Positions 10,291 through 22,000 of a stretch of DNA of 64,000 bases are shown piece by piece; within the stretch, counting starts at the first letter, position 1, and each line of letters opens with the position of its first letter. The DNA lies in the IMG/VR virus record IMGVR_UViG_3300046499_000850; one strand, 5' to 3'. Position numbers and translations under genes: made by a program. This stretch comes from a virus (lineage: Duplodnaviria > Heunggongvirae > Uroviricota > Caudoviricetes). Under the pieces are notes generated by a model. That model was not told the origin of the DNA. It worked only from the letters and a program-made list of their open reading frames with translations, and made no database searches.

Positions 10291-10812
10291 TTACGATTGG
10301 GATTGCGTATCCTTGGCGAAGCCGTCGTATGACAGCTGTGGGGTGCCGATCTCGGTTTGCCCGGGTACCAAGGTCGGCGGTGCAACATCGTCCCCCAGAC
10401 TCGGCGGTTTACGATTCGGGTCCATAGTGGTCGGATCGATTTGGAAGGTCTTAGCGCTGATGGCGCGCAGGATCGCTGCACTATCGCGTTGCGATTCTTC
10501 GGCCGTTTTGGCCGCTGCTTCATCGATACCGACACGGCGGCGTTGCACCACCGCTTTGTCCATGTCGCCCGCGGTCTTCAGCAACACCGTCAACATGTCG
10601 GAGCTGACTTCTTGAGCCAAGGCTTTGTTGACGTGGCCGATCACCTTCAGGCGGATGCCTTGGGTGTGGGCCAACACACTGTCCAGATCCAGCACATCCA
10701 AATTGGGTGCAGGTTCCGGCGCTGGGGGTGGTTTCACAGCCGCATCGGCTGTCTTGGTGACGCCTGGGAATTCTTCCTCGACGCCATGGTCTGGTTCGTA
10801 TTCGTCACTCAT
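10291..10812 (-). CDS. Hypothetical protein
   Basis: Start MSDEYE with AAGGA RBS. Confidence 0.65.
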   Translation of the reverse strand: MSDEYEPDHGVEEEFPGVTKTADAAVKPPPAPEPAPNLDVLDLDSVLAHTQGIRLKVIGHVNKALAQEVSSDMLTVLLKTAGDMDKAVVQRRRVGIDEAAAKTAEESQRDSAAILRAISAKTFQIDPTTMDPNRKPPSLGDDVAPPTLVPGQTEIGTPQLSYDGFAKDTQSQS

Positions 10813-10854
10813 GACAAGTCCTTTTAAGTTCACACAGCAATTTTTCGCTAATAA

Positions 10855-10875
10855 ATCTCAAACCTATATCATTAA
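10855..10875 (+). promoter_or_regulatory. Putative early promoter (TATATCAT)
   Basis: Variant of the phiKZ early consensus TATATTAC at 10865-10872, upstream of a strong RBS. Confidence 0.45.
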
Positions 10876-10910
10876 AATGAAGGCCCTGTAATTTCATAAA
10901 GGAGGAATCA

Positions 10911-11453
10911 ATGGTAGTTAGCCTGTGGCAGCGTTTTGTGGCGTTGATCAGCTCGCCAAAACCTGTCAAAGAACCCGATCTGTCAGACACATTGGTGGAC
11001 ATCGCCAAGCGCCCTTTGATCGAACGGGTGCAAGTCGTCTTCACGAGACTTGATTTGAAACCCTTTCAAGACTATCTCCAAACCGATGGTCATGGTCGGC
11101 AGATCAGTACCGCGCATCAAACTATCGATGAATGCACGAGCGATATCCTGACCCATGTGAACGACATCGAGCGGACAAAGTTCATTCCTCAAGGTCGTGG
11201 CGAGTACGCTCGCGTGACCCAACCTATCAACCGTTTCTTTATCACCAAAGAGGGCTGCTATCTCCCGTCTGTCTATGGCGCTTTGATCGATCTAAAGAGT
11301 GCTGTTTTGGATCTATGCAAGGCTGTGGAAGACAACAAAGAAAGTGACTATTACTCTTACAACCTGCGGATGTTAAACTCATTGCTCTTTGCATTGGAAG
11401 ACTTCGGTCTACAGCTGCACGACTTGAGCGAACACATCAAATCTCGTTCTTAA
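10911..11453 (+). CDS. Hypothetical protein
   Basis: 180 aa, AAGGAGG RBS. Confidence 0.7.
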   Translation: MVVSLWQRFVALISSPKPVKEPDLSDTLVDIAKRPLIERVQVVFTRLDLKPFQDYLQTDGHGRQISTAHQTIDECTSDILTHVNDIERTKFIPQGRGEYARVTQPINRFFITKEGCYLPSVYGALIDLKSAVLDLCKAVEDNKESDYYSYNLRMLNSLLFALEDFGLQLHDLSEHIKSRS

Positions 11454-11528
11454 CTCTTTTCTCTCATTTACTTCGTTTCACTCTTTTCCTTTGCGGTACT
11501 TTTTCGTTTTATTTCACTTGGGGTAATT

Positions 11529-12065
11529 ATGGCTGAACGTAAACAGCGCCCGATCCAACAGATCATGGAAGATCCCAATAAGGGGATCACCAAGACATAC
11601 GGTTCTTGGGGCGCGTTGTCCAAGCTCTGGCGTATCGTCCTGCGCGACAACCACATCAACGGTTACCGTTTTAGCGTGTTCATGGACCGGTATATAAAGG
11701 ACCCGAAGAACAACGCCAAGAAAGGCGACGGTGAACACTTCGACAACCGGGGTAACCTGAACAAGGAGTTCTCCAACCCGACCATGAGTTGGAAGGTGTT
11801 CATCAAGTGCATGAAGTTCATGCAGTTCAAAAAGATCCGGATCACATTGGAAGCCGAGCATACCGATGGACATATCTCGGTACACCGCACGATGGTCGAT
11901 CTCGAAGACAACATGTTGATGAACGACCCGCGCTTTGCGCACGAGCTCGAAGAGAAGTTGGAAGCCAATGCCAACAACCCTGCGGCTAAGAACATGCCAT
12001 TGCCGGATGACCAGGAGCATATCCCGTACATGGACCCGCATCCGGATGATGAAGAGAACCAGTAA
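11529..12065 (+). CDS. Hypothetical protein
   Basis: 178-aa ORF. Confidence 0.65.
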   Translation: MAERKQRPIQQIMEDPNKGITKTYGSWGALSKLWRIVLRDNHINGYRFSVFMDRYIKDPKNNAKKGDGEHFDNRGNLNKEFSNPTMSWKVFIKCMKFMQFKKIRITLEAEHTDGHISVHRTMVDLEDNMLMNDPRFAHELEEKLEANANNPAAKNMPLPDDQEHIPYMDPHPDDEENQ

Positions 12066-12066
12066 C

Positions 12067-12642
12067 ATGACCTGTCTAGCAATGGCGCCCACGATGACTC
12101 AGACCACCAACTCGACGACTTCGCCGCCTGATCCTAAACTCGACGGACAGGCACATATCAACGTTCATTACAATTACAGCACCACGAAACTGGGCCGTGA
12201 ACTGTCGACCTACTTTGTTGCGCGATTTAACCACCCGTACTTCGGTCCGTTCAAATGCATCGAAGGCTTTCGCCTGTATGTGCAAACCGGCTGCGTGGAC
12301 GACGCGTTCCGCGGTAAGACCGGAAGCGAAGCCAAAGCGTATTTCAACCGACAAATCAAAGCGCGCGCTTTGAAAATGTACGACATTAAGGATGAAGAAA
12401 AAGTGTTGATGTTGGCGTATTATGCGCGCCTGACCCAACATCCTGTGACTGCAACACTTTTCAAGGAATCGACGCTGCCGTTTGAGAATTACTTCCTGTG
12501 GGGCGACGCCAAGTTGCCGATCCGTCCGGAAGACTCGGGGCTGTTGATCCAATCCTTAACCACGCTGCGTGAATACATGCAAGCCGGTCTCGAACCGGAT
12601 CGCATCAATAACGACGCGTACGACAAGCTGCGCAAGCGGTAA
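12067..12642 (+). CDS. Phage protein, possibly NADAR-like
   Basis: HINVHY...LGRELSTYFVARFNHPYFGPFKCIEGF resembles the LSNF...PF...F.SVE start of NADAR-like proteins; start refined. Confidence 0.45.
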   Translation: MTCLAMAPTMTQTTNSTTSPPDPKLDGQAHINVHYNYSTTKLGRELSTYFVARFNHPYFGPFKCIEGFRLYVQTGCVDDAFRGKTGSEAKAYFNRQIKARALKMYDIKDEEKVLMLAYYARLTQHPVTATLFKESTLPFENYFLWGDAKLPIRPEDSGLLIQSLTTLREYMQAGLEPDRINNDAYDKLRKR

Positions 12643-12653
12643 GCCGGCTTGTC

Positions 12654-12686
12654 AAGAGCACTCTTAACGGGGTGCTCTTTTTTTTT
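12654..12686 (+). terminator. Intrinsic terminator
   Basis: AAGAGCACTC...GGGTGCTCTT plus T run. Confidence 0.75.
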
Positions 12687-12701
12687 GTTAAAAGGCACGC
12701 T

Positions 12702-13997
12702 ATGTTGACGAACCGAGCTTTAGCTCCAACTACTTTCATTGCTGGACCAGAAGATGACTTGGCCGCACCGGATGTCTACGAGATTACAAGCGATGATCCG
12801 ATTAACAAACTTCCCATCCCAGCGTCGATTGCTGACGTTAGTGACATCACTGGTGAACTGCGCGGTGGTAAATCGCTCCTCTCTAGTTTGCCGGGACTGG
12901 ATTCCATCCAAAGTGCCGCCACTGCGGGTGTGGGTGGTTTAACCAGTCAACTCAAAAGCGGCAGTTCCAGCATGCTCGATAGCATCAAGCAAATTGGTTC
13001 TACTGCCTTGAAAGCTGTAGGTGGAGTGGGTGGCGTGACAACCCTTATGAAGGGTGGTTCACCAAGTCTGTTGGCGCGCCTGGGTAGTGGCACGGTCAAC
13101 GGTATTCCTGGGTTGAACAACGGGTCGCTGACTTCGCTGGCCAGCACGCTCGCCAACTCGGCCATGCCGGCCAGCGTCAAGCAACTGTTCAATACACCGA
13201 TCGCTTCGTCACTGGGTTCGTTTAGCACCGTTGGCAATGTGGTCACGAAACTGTTACCCGGCAACATCAACCAATCTTACCAGATGAGTTCGCTGATCAA
13301 CAGCGTTACTGGCACGGGTTCGGTGGGTATGGTCGACAAAGACGCCACCACGCGTTTGATCACGGGTCTGGCCTTGGGTGGGATGAGTAGCGGGATGAAC
13401 AATTCCTTCAGCTCGTTGTTGCCACTGGCGGGCGGTGACAAGTCCATCGAAATGGCGGCTGGGATGGCGGTCTACAAGTACGCAGGCAATACCGGTAACA
13501 TCGGCGGTATGAAAGATGTGGTCACGAGCGTGGACCCCATGAACTTATCCCCAGCCACCAGCGGCGTGATGAAGGGTTTGTTCGGCAATTACCAGCCGTC
13601 TGAACAAACCCCACAGAGCACCGCCAGCAGGTTGACCGATTACAGCGATTTGCGGGATGTTACTAATCTGGTTGATCCAGGCTGGATGCGAGAAGATCGG
13701 ATCAAAGTCGACCCCGTCACCCAGGTACCGGTACCCGATTTCCCAGTCACGAATATTTCGATGGTAGTCGAAGGTACGGCTGATGCCAGGAACATGATGG
13801 TCACGGGCGCCATTCATTCGGATGACCCGGAAGAAAAGTGGATGTGTGCGGCCGGGATGTTCCCGGCCAGTAGTCCGGAAGCTGAACTCAAGAAGAACTT
13901 CCCATACACCGCTACTGTCATCAGCAGTAACACCACCGCCAACAACACGTTCACCCCTGAACAAATCAAGGCGATGGACGACATCACGGTCGAGTGA
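12702..13997 (+). CDS. Gly/Ser-rich putative virion (tail) protein
   Basis: Low-complexity G/S/L content; adjacent to the gp182/gp181-like genes. Confidence 0.55.
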   Translation: MLTNRALAPTTFIAGPEDDLAAPDVYEITSDDPINKLPIPASIADVSDITGELRGGKSLLSSLPGLDSIQSAATAGVGGLTSQLKSGSSSMLDSIKQIGSTALKAVGGVGGVTTLMKGGSPSLLARLGSGTVNGIPGLNNGSLTSLASTLANSAMPASVKQLFNTPIASSLGSFSTVGNVVTKLLPGNINQSYQMSSLINSVTGTGSVGMVDKDATTRLITGLALGGMSSGMNNSFSSLLPLAGGDKSIEMAAGMAVYKYAGNTGNIGGMKDVVTSVDPMNLSPATSGVMKGLFGNYQPSEQTPQSTASRLTDYSDLRDVTNLVDPGWMREDRIKVDPVTQVPVPDFPVTNISMVVEGTADARNMMVTGAIHSDDPEEKWMCAAGMFPASSPEAELKKNFPYTATVISSNTTANNTFTPEQIKAMDDITVE

Positions 13998-14003
13998 CAT
14001 ACG

Positions 14004-14031
14004 CTCCCTCTACCCCAACGGGTAGAGGGAG
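14004..14031. terminator. Bidirectional terminator hairpin
   Basis: CTCCCTCTACCC...GGGTAGAGGGAG between convergent genes. Confidence 0.75.
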
Positions 14032-14054
14032 TTATGCCGTCATTACTTTTTTTG

Positions 14055-16034
14055 TTACTGTTTGTCGGTACCACGGTAGAACATCCCCATTGCCCGAGCG
14101 GGGAACGTGTCACCCAAGAAGCTCGCCATGTGGGCTGGGCTCTTCCAGGTTTCGTATGCCGCCATCTTGCGGGTGATGTTCAGCTTCAGATTACGGAAGC
14201 CGTAGATCTGGTCGTTCAGGGCCATCCCCGAGAGGACTGCCAGATAGTCAGAGAAGTCGGTGTCCGGAGTGAACGCGCCACCTGTCAAGGCCACAGCCGC
14301 GATCTGTCCCTTTTCACCCGCTACAGCGGATGCCACCGCTTGTGCCACACCTTCACCGAAGCTGAAGTTCTCGCTGATCGGCATGTGTAAGACCGAAGAC
14401 ATGTCAACGATACTGAACGTGACATCAACCCCGAGAGCTTTGCCGTCTTGACTGAAACCGACATTACCGGTACCGCGGGTGATGGTGAGCGAGTCGATCA
14501 TCCCCAGACGGGTCTGGCAACGGCCTTGGTCATACAACTCCACCAAGAACGGACTGGTGAACGACTGCGGGCCGGTGCTCTTGGGTAACGCGCCTGCCAT
14601 CAACATCGCCAGTGGGATATCAATGTTCAGGATTTGCGAAATCGGGTTACCGTACGGGGATACCAAATTGATGGTGTACGTGGAACGTCCCAGACTTGCG
14701 GACGAAGTTTGCCAGTACTTTGGTATATCGGTAAAGGCGTTACCAGCCAGCGTCGCCAGACCCGACATCTCAACCGAATCCAGCAGACCTTGACCAAATG
14801 ACAATACCGCGTCTTTGGCTTCGCCGATGAGTTTACCGGCAATGCCACCCACGATGTTACCGTTACCAAAGTCAAAACGCTTACTGCGTGCTTCTGCCGA
14901 CATGCCGTTGACGCGAGATGACAGATTCGATTCACCCACCGAACTAGTGAACGAATCTTGGATCGGTCCCGTGGCATTGACCCGGAACGAGGCAAATGCC
15001 GCACCATCATCGAGTTCGGCTTGACCAAACTTGATCAAGGAATCCAGATAACCCTGTTTCTTGTCGGTACCGCTTTGGAATGTGTCTTCGATTGATTCGT
15101 TGACGCTACCTTTGTCACTGGTCTTGGGCGGGGCTGCGTCAAACCAAGCCTTCAGGTAACTTTCCAGATTCGGCTCTGGGGTATTCGGACGGGGTAACGG
15201 CGAACTCATGATTTCGCGCGTGGCTTTCTCCAAATCCGTGATACTCATGTCTTTGGCTTGGTCAAGCCGTGCTTCGAGCAACTTCATGCGTTGCCGCTCC
15301 AAACGCTTCGCACGGTTTACCAGTGCATACACGTCGATACTGCCTTTGGGTCCAAAGATCGTCGGCATGTACTTGTTCATGATCGGGCCAGCTGCTTCAC
15401 CGGTGTAGCCTTTGTCGACCACTTCCGTCGCGTTACCGAACACACGGGGCACCACACCGCGGTTCACCGCCATGTGGTTGACGATCGTGGTCACCGCATT
15501 CCAGTACAGCGGCATCGCTGGCTTGGAATAGTAGAACTTGGTACGCGGTACCTTCTCCAGAAACTGAATGGCTGCGCCCAGAAAGTGCACCGCCAACAGT
15601 TTCCATGACGCGAGCTGCACGACGAAACCACCGATCTTACCGAGGCTGTAGAGGAACGCGTTACTTGCGCGGCCTGTGTTGGCGATCTGCGCCGCAGAGC
15701 TACTGTAAAAACCCGTAAAGAACTGGGTCAAGGAATTGTGTTGCGCTGTACCAAAGCGCATATGGATGATTTGGGCATTGTCGTCAAGGATTTCCTTGTA
15801 GGCCCGACCTTTACCCAAGCTGCCACTTAAGGCACCCTTGATGCGAATGTCAGCATGACGACAACGGGACGCCGGTGGGTTAACGCAGATGCTACCACCA
15901 GGGCGGGTGTCAGTGTAGTCGATGATCGCGTTGGTGTAGAACCGACGACGAAAATCTTCTGATTGGGGGTCAAGCTCATCCTTCTTCACCAGGAAGGATC
16001 GACGTACCCATGAAGAGTCTGGTTTGACTGCCAT
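14055..16034 (-). CDS. Virion structural protein (phiKZ gp182-like)
   Basis: 659 aa immediately downstream of the gp181-like gene; LVSPYGNPISQ, GMIDSLTITRG. Confidence 0.7.
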   Translation of the reverse strand: MAVKPDSSWVRRSFLVKKDELDPQSEDFRRRFYTNAIIDYTDTRPGGSICVNPPASRCRHADIRIKGALSGSLGKGRAYKEILDDNAQIIHMRFGTAQHNSLTQFFTGFYSSSAAQIANTGRASNAFLYSLGKIGGFVVQLASWKLLAVHFLGAAIQFLEKVPRTKFYYSKPAMPLYWNAVTTIVNHMAVNRGVVPRVFGNATEVVDKGYTGEAAGPIMNKYMPTIFGPKGSIDVYALVNRAKRLERQRMKLLEARLDQAKDMSITDLEKATREIMSSPLPRPNTPEPNLESYLKAWFDAAPPKTSDKGSVNESIEDTFQSGTDKKQGYLDSLIKFGQAELDDGAAFASFRVNATGPIQDSFTSSVGESNLSSRVNGMSAEARSKRFDFGNGNIVGGIAGKLIGEAKDAVLSFGQGLLDSVEMSGLATLAGNAFTDIPKYWQTSSASLGRSTYTINLVSPYGNPISQILNIDIPLAMLMAGALPKSTGPQSFTSPFLVELYDQGRCQTRLGMIDSLTITRGTGNVGFSQDGKALGVDVTFSIVDMSSVLHMPISENFSFGEGVAQAVASAVAGEKGQIAAVALTGGAFTPDTDFSDYLAVLSGMALNDQIYGFRNLKLNITRKMAAYETWKSPAHMASFLGDTFPARAMGMFYRGTDKQ

Positions 16035-16057
16035 AAAAATCCTTGAAGAAAAAGAAG

Positions 16058-16079
16058 AGGGGAGGGCGAACCCTCCCCT
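16058..16079 (-). terminator. Intrinsic terminator
   Basis: AGGGGAGGG-CGAA-CCCTCCCCT with T run on the minus strand. Confidence 0.7.
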
Positions 16080-16083
16080 AACT

Positions 16084-19000
16084 TCAACCTACCGGAGACC
16101 GAGGGCGCGCCACGCTCACGGGTGGGCGGGGCATCTCAGCCTGACGACGCTCAGCCACACGGGCCTGCTGTGAGCTGGGTGTGGCGTTGTTGTCTTGCTT
16201 CGGCGCATTGTTAGCAGCACCTGACAAGTTTGCCAAACTATCACGGATCGCTTTCAAGACTTCGAACGAATCGCGGTGGACAGTCAACGAGTCCTCCAGA
16301 ATCTTGTTGGTGCCCTCCAGGTTCGACACCCGGATATCGTTCTGTTGTTTCGCTGCACTGACCTGGTCTTGCATGGGTCGAGGCGGCATGAAGCCAGCGG
16401 TGACCGTACCAATTGGCACCCCGTTACTGGTGGGTTGCGGCATCGGCGCAGCAGTCGGTCCAGGACCAGCTGTGCTACCGGGTGCACCAATCCCCACAGG
16501 GGCGGGCGTGACTTTGTCTGCCGTGGGTTTCTCCGCAGCAGCGCCAGCAGCCGTACCGCCGTTCGGGGCAGGCATCTCACCTTTGGCGGTCGTAGCAGAC
16601 GTCGCTACGATTGCTTCACCGCCATCATTGATCAAGCCTTTGGACTTGTTCTGCAGCCGGCTGTTGACCAGTTGGTAGATCTGTCCGACCGACAATGGAC
16701 CACCGTTCTTGCTAAAGAAGATACCGCGGTTAGCTGCGGCTGCCTTCGGCATGATTTGCGCGCCGATCGCATTCGGATCAGCAGTCAAGAACTTGACCGC
16801 ATCACCCGAACCCAAAAAGTGCGCGAAGTACATATCGGTATCAGTTACTGGACGACCTAACTTACCTTCCAGATGGCTGATGTTTTCCTTCAGATACTCC
16901 GCACCCATCAACGCATTGGCGCGCGCATCTGTGGCCGGGGTTCCTGGGGCGATACCGTACTTGCTGCCATACTTCTTCAGCATCCAATCCCAAGTACTGG
17001 AAATGAACTGGTACAAGCCCGTGGCCGAACTGGTACCCGCGCGGACAGTGTGATCAAACCCGGATTCGATCGCTGCCATGGCAGCCATGAGTTTGCCATC
17101 CACCCCCACCATTTTTGCTGCAGCCAAGATGGTGTCTTTGACGGCGGCCCACGATTTGTTGCCCGTGGGTTTCGGAATGGCGTTGATGTCACCGCCGGTA
17201 CCTTTGCCTGGATGGGCCATTTCACGACCACCCGTCATGCTGCTCGGCATTGCGTCGGACGAACCGCTACCGCCGACTTGCGTGGCAGGGCTACCGCCGT
17301 ACTTCGCATTCGGGCTTTGGCTGAAGGCGGCTTTGGTGGATTGCCAGAAGTTGCTGATGCTTCCCATGATGCCGGTGGTGGGCTTGGGCGCAGGTGCCAC
17401 GGTTTGGCTATTGCCCGCGCTCTTGCCCGCCGAGGGTTGGTTAGCAGCTTTACCACCCGGCTCCACCAGCACGGCGGATTTGGCCATGTCCTTCAACCCT
17501 TGCATGTTACCATCGGTTGAACGCACATCCGTGTTGAGGTCGTAACCATCCCACGGGGAAACACCCACGTTCCAGACACTGCCGCCGCTACCACTGGTGG
17601 TGAACAACGCCGTGGCCACATCGACTGCTTGGTTGGCTTTCAGCACGACTTTGCCGTCGGCCGGATCGTCCTTTCCGGTTTGGGCTTTCATCAAGCTGGC
17701 GTAGTTCAAGTATACTGGCAGGAAACGCTGGTTGAACCAGCTGATCCAGTTAGCGGTCAAGCCGTCGTTGGACGAATCCACCCCGAAGGCCGGACCATTA
17801 TCCAACACGACCTGTTCCACCGAACCGGACCACGTTGCCAGATTCTTGTTGTACACGAGTTTGGGCGTCAGGTATTTCTCCAAGGCTTGTAATGCTTTCA
17901 CCTTGTCGACTTCCATCTTCACCAAACCGTAGGCTTTCAAGCGCACCACATCTACACCGTCGAGCTTATCGGTCCCCAGACTGTTCAGAACTGTCGAGGA
18001 ACCTGCGGCCATGACTTGACCACCTTTGGCAGCACCAGCCGATGCAGGAATCGTGGCAGCAGCCAAGGCTTCTGCGCTGACCCCGGGTTTGGATTGGGTG
18101 GTTGCCGCACCAGCACCCTTAGCAGTTGCCGTAGCGACTGCGCCTGCCACAGCGCCCGCTGCCACACCAGCAGCTTTCTCTCCGTCCTTTGGTGCTTTCT
18201 TCTTCAGTTCCGTTTCTGCAATCTCGATGACTGCTTTCACATCCCCCGCACCACTTGGCAACCCCTTGAGATCCTTGAACGGCGAACCGCTGTAGTTGTA
18301 CGGGCCGTCCGAGAAGCGCACCAGATTCAAGTACTTGAGACTGGTGGTCGGGTCCAGACCATCCACATCATCCAACCACTTGTCACTGGCCACCGTTTTC
18401 AGCGACGTGACATGGGTCAAGAAGACTGACCTGAAGCGTTCAGAAAACCAACCCAGCCAGTTATTCATGGCGTCCTTGTCCTTTTCATCGACATCGAAGT
18501 CTTTAAAAAGCGATTTCGGATCAATCCGTTTCGGATCGAGCTGGGCACCTTCTTTACCGTAGATGATAGCATCTTTCAGTTTGTCTTCCAGACCAAATAC
18601 GGTTGCCACGTGGTCTTTGTCTGTGGGCGCGAAGCCATACTGCACGTAACGTACACGCGACAGTAAGTCCAGCTTCTTGCGGGTCAGATACTTGTACCCG
18701 AAGTAACCAGCAGTAGCAACAGCAGCGACTGCGGCAGCGCCCAACACCACCGGTGACGCCAGCACACCTAGAACAGCTGCGCCTGCTGCCGCCATACCAC
18801 CTAAAATCGCGCTACCTGCACCAGCCACGGCGCCTGCACCAATACCAGTCTCAGCTGCCAAGCCAAGCCACGGTAATGCCGACAATGCCCACTTGCCAGC
18901 AGTTTTACCGTAACCCAAACCCTTACCCAATAAGAACTTGGATTTACCCATAAAGCCTTTGGAGGTTTTCCAACTCCCTCCTGGCCGACGAGCTAAGCGA

Positions 19001-22000
19001 CGCTTACGGCGTTCGTTTTTCGAATCGCCACTGCCACCATCGATGTTAATGTCGGTATCGTCATCTTCCTCGTCTTTCTTGCCACGTAACTTATCCCACC
19101 AGGATTTGGCGCCAGCTTTCATACGGGTACCGAAGCCAGGCCGGTCTTCAGTTACGACACCATCTTTTGCTTTCTTTTCTTCTTCCTCTTTCTTGTGCTT
19201 TTGCTGGTCTTCGTAACTGCCGTCACGGATGCCATCATCATCACCATCGAGCGCTTTGTGTTTCTTGCGTTGTGGCAGGCGCTCTTTCAAGAGATCGCGG
19301 ATTTCTTTCAGATAGGTGGTCGACTCGGATTGGAGTTCAACCGCGTGAGCAGTGACTTCTGGTGACGGACCTTGGGCAAAAGGGTTCTTCCCACGGAAGA
19401 TATCAAACGCACCGCCAACACTAGTCACACCACCTTTGAGCAGAGCTTTACCCAACCGCCAACCGCCTTTAACCAAACCAGTAGCTGCACTGTTAACCAT
19501 TTTACCGGCTTTCAATGCAAACTTACCAGCGCGCTTGATTCCACCTAAAGCCCAACCCAACAGTTTCGACAAACCAGTCTTGATCGGTTTGCCGTTCTTG
19601 TCGACCAGACCCTTGCGGATATCGTCGTGGGTCAATACCGTTTCGGCTTGTTCGCCTTCACCGATGAGAACTGGACCATCGATTTGCGAAGGACGTTTGA
19701 TGAGTTTATACGACGTCGCCGAGTAGTACGCTCCAGCGCGCATCAAGCGCGCAGTCATGGCTGGGCTATCAAGTTGCCCTTTGACGAAGATGTCTTGAGC
19801 CATATCGAGCAGACCCCAAGCTTTCTTCGCACCCCACAGCGCCATTTTAAAGACAGGTGGAATACCGCCGGTGACCACACCGAAGATCTTCTTACCGATC
19901 CCGTATGCGCCTTTGGCAGTGGCGCCCAGCGCTTTCAGAGTTTTCTTGATCGGACCAACTTTCTGCCAAGCTTTGTCGATTTCATCGGCTTCCAGCACCG
20001 TGGTTTCGACACCGTCTTTGCGCGATACCACATCACCAGTAATGTCCTTCAAGCGCCGAATCGGTTTCCCAGACTCCTTGTCGAAGTAGACATTACCTTC
20101 TTGCAGCATGCGCCCATACAAACGGGGCTTACGTTCGTTACCGACGTAGATATCGATGAAGCCGCGAGCGCGACGGTATTGCGAAGAAACCGCGAAACCA
20201 ACCGCATCGCCAGCCAAACCAGCCGTACCTTTGAAGACATTCCACCCCAGCTTGGCGCTACCGCCCACCAGCCCACTGGTGACTTTCGCACCCAGCCGCG
20301 CAGTACCGGTCATGAGACCAAAACCACCTTTGACCACATCGGTCAAACGCATGTTGAGTCGTGACAGACCACGACGAGCGCCGCCTGCCATCCGGCGCAG
20401 ACGACCTTCTGGCACCCCACCCGTGGTGACAATACCGTCTTCTAAACGATCCCGGATACTCAGCAGAATATCCTTGATCTCATCGAACACCGACTTGTTG
20501 CTTTCACTGCGCTCCGAACCACGGGCGCTGTTGCGGCGGCGCAGTTCTTCGGTAGCCTGTTGCAAATTGTCATGGATACGTGAACCAATGCCCTGGGCAC
20601 GGGCACGCGCAACGCCAAATGCAGCGCCAGCACGGTTACGGTAACCATTCATCCGGCCCCGGAACTCGTCGCCGTGCAGATAGTCGTACCCATCGGTGAC
20701 GTGACCACGCAACTGATCCCAACGCGAACGCAGCATCCCGCCCAACTGGTCCATACTCGGGCGGTTATCCCAGAAGTTCTGGGCACGCTGTTGTTGTTCA
20801 CCCATGAACTGCGAAGCTTGGTCGATCTGTGGCTGGTAACGCTGACGCATGCGTCCTGCTTGGACTTGCGCTTGGCGTTGCATCCGGCGGGCTTGGCTAC
20901 GGACCTTTTGGGCCATCTCTTCTGCCCGCTTACGCGCTGCGTCGATTTCCGCTTGATGTTGGTTCATGAAGCGCCGCCCCGAGACTTTGGCTTGACGGCG
21001 CATGCGCCGAGCACCACGTCCTACGGATTGTGCAGCAGAACTGGCACCATCCATTATGCGGTCGAATGTTGATGGCGCGCCAACACCGCCACCGGTGGCC
21101 ATGTCGTGGTGCATCTGGACCAATAGTTCTTTGATATCGGACACGAGCGGTTTGGTGTTTTGCTGCTCGATGAGATCAATGAGTTTCTTGATCTCATCGA
21201 CGATTGGCGAACTCGGCGGCTCATCATTCGCAGCGGGCAGTCGAGGGATTTGTACTGCACCACCACGACCGGCACGCCGACCACCTGACAGAGGGCGCAC
21301 ACCACCCATCGCTTGGATACCACGAGCTCGGTAGTTCGCTCCCGAGAAGTAACTGTTGATCTTATCCATGTCGATTTGTGTCGAACCTGGTTTCAACAAC
21401 CCCATGTCTTCGAGCATATCACGCGGGTACACTTCAAGCAGTTGCTGGATCTCTCCACGACGATCTGACGCTGAACGGCCCACACTCCGGAAACGGTTCG
21501 AAAATTCGTTATCTAGCTGACCTTCCACTACATTGTTCTTATCTGCCAATTTCTTAAAGAGTTCAGCGAACTTTTCACCGTGCTGTGACTCACCAAAGTT
21601 GTACGCCTTGGTGTAATTCGAGATGCGGCCGGTCTCATACCCCGCACGACCGCGCAGGTTATCATTCGCAAGAATCTTGGACAGTTCTTCCCGTTGTTGC
21701 GGGTTTAACATGCCGCTTGGATCGATCATCTCTAGCAGGTGATCTTTCTCACGTTTGACACCATTGCGCGAACCTTCATCGAACAGTTTGTTAAAGATGG
21801 CTTTACGCAATGCTTTGGTCGAGCTAAAGCTACCGCGGCTAAAGTCGTACGAGGTCAAATCAATCGAGGTGTCACCTGTGCGAGTAATTTGCAATTCTTG
21901 GTAGATACGCGCCAGATAACCTGGAATCACTTCTACCAGCGACTTGTGTGCTTGATTGCTGAATTGGGTAGGCGCGTAGAGATCAGCGATGCCTTTCTCT

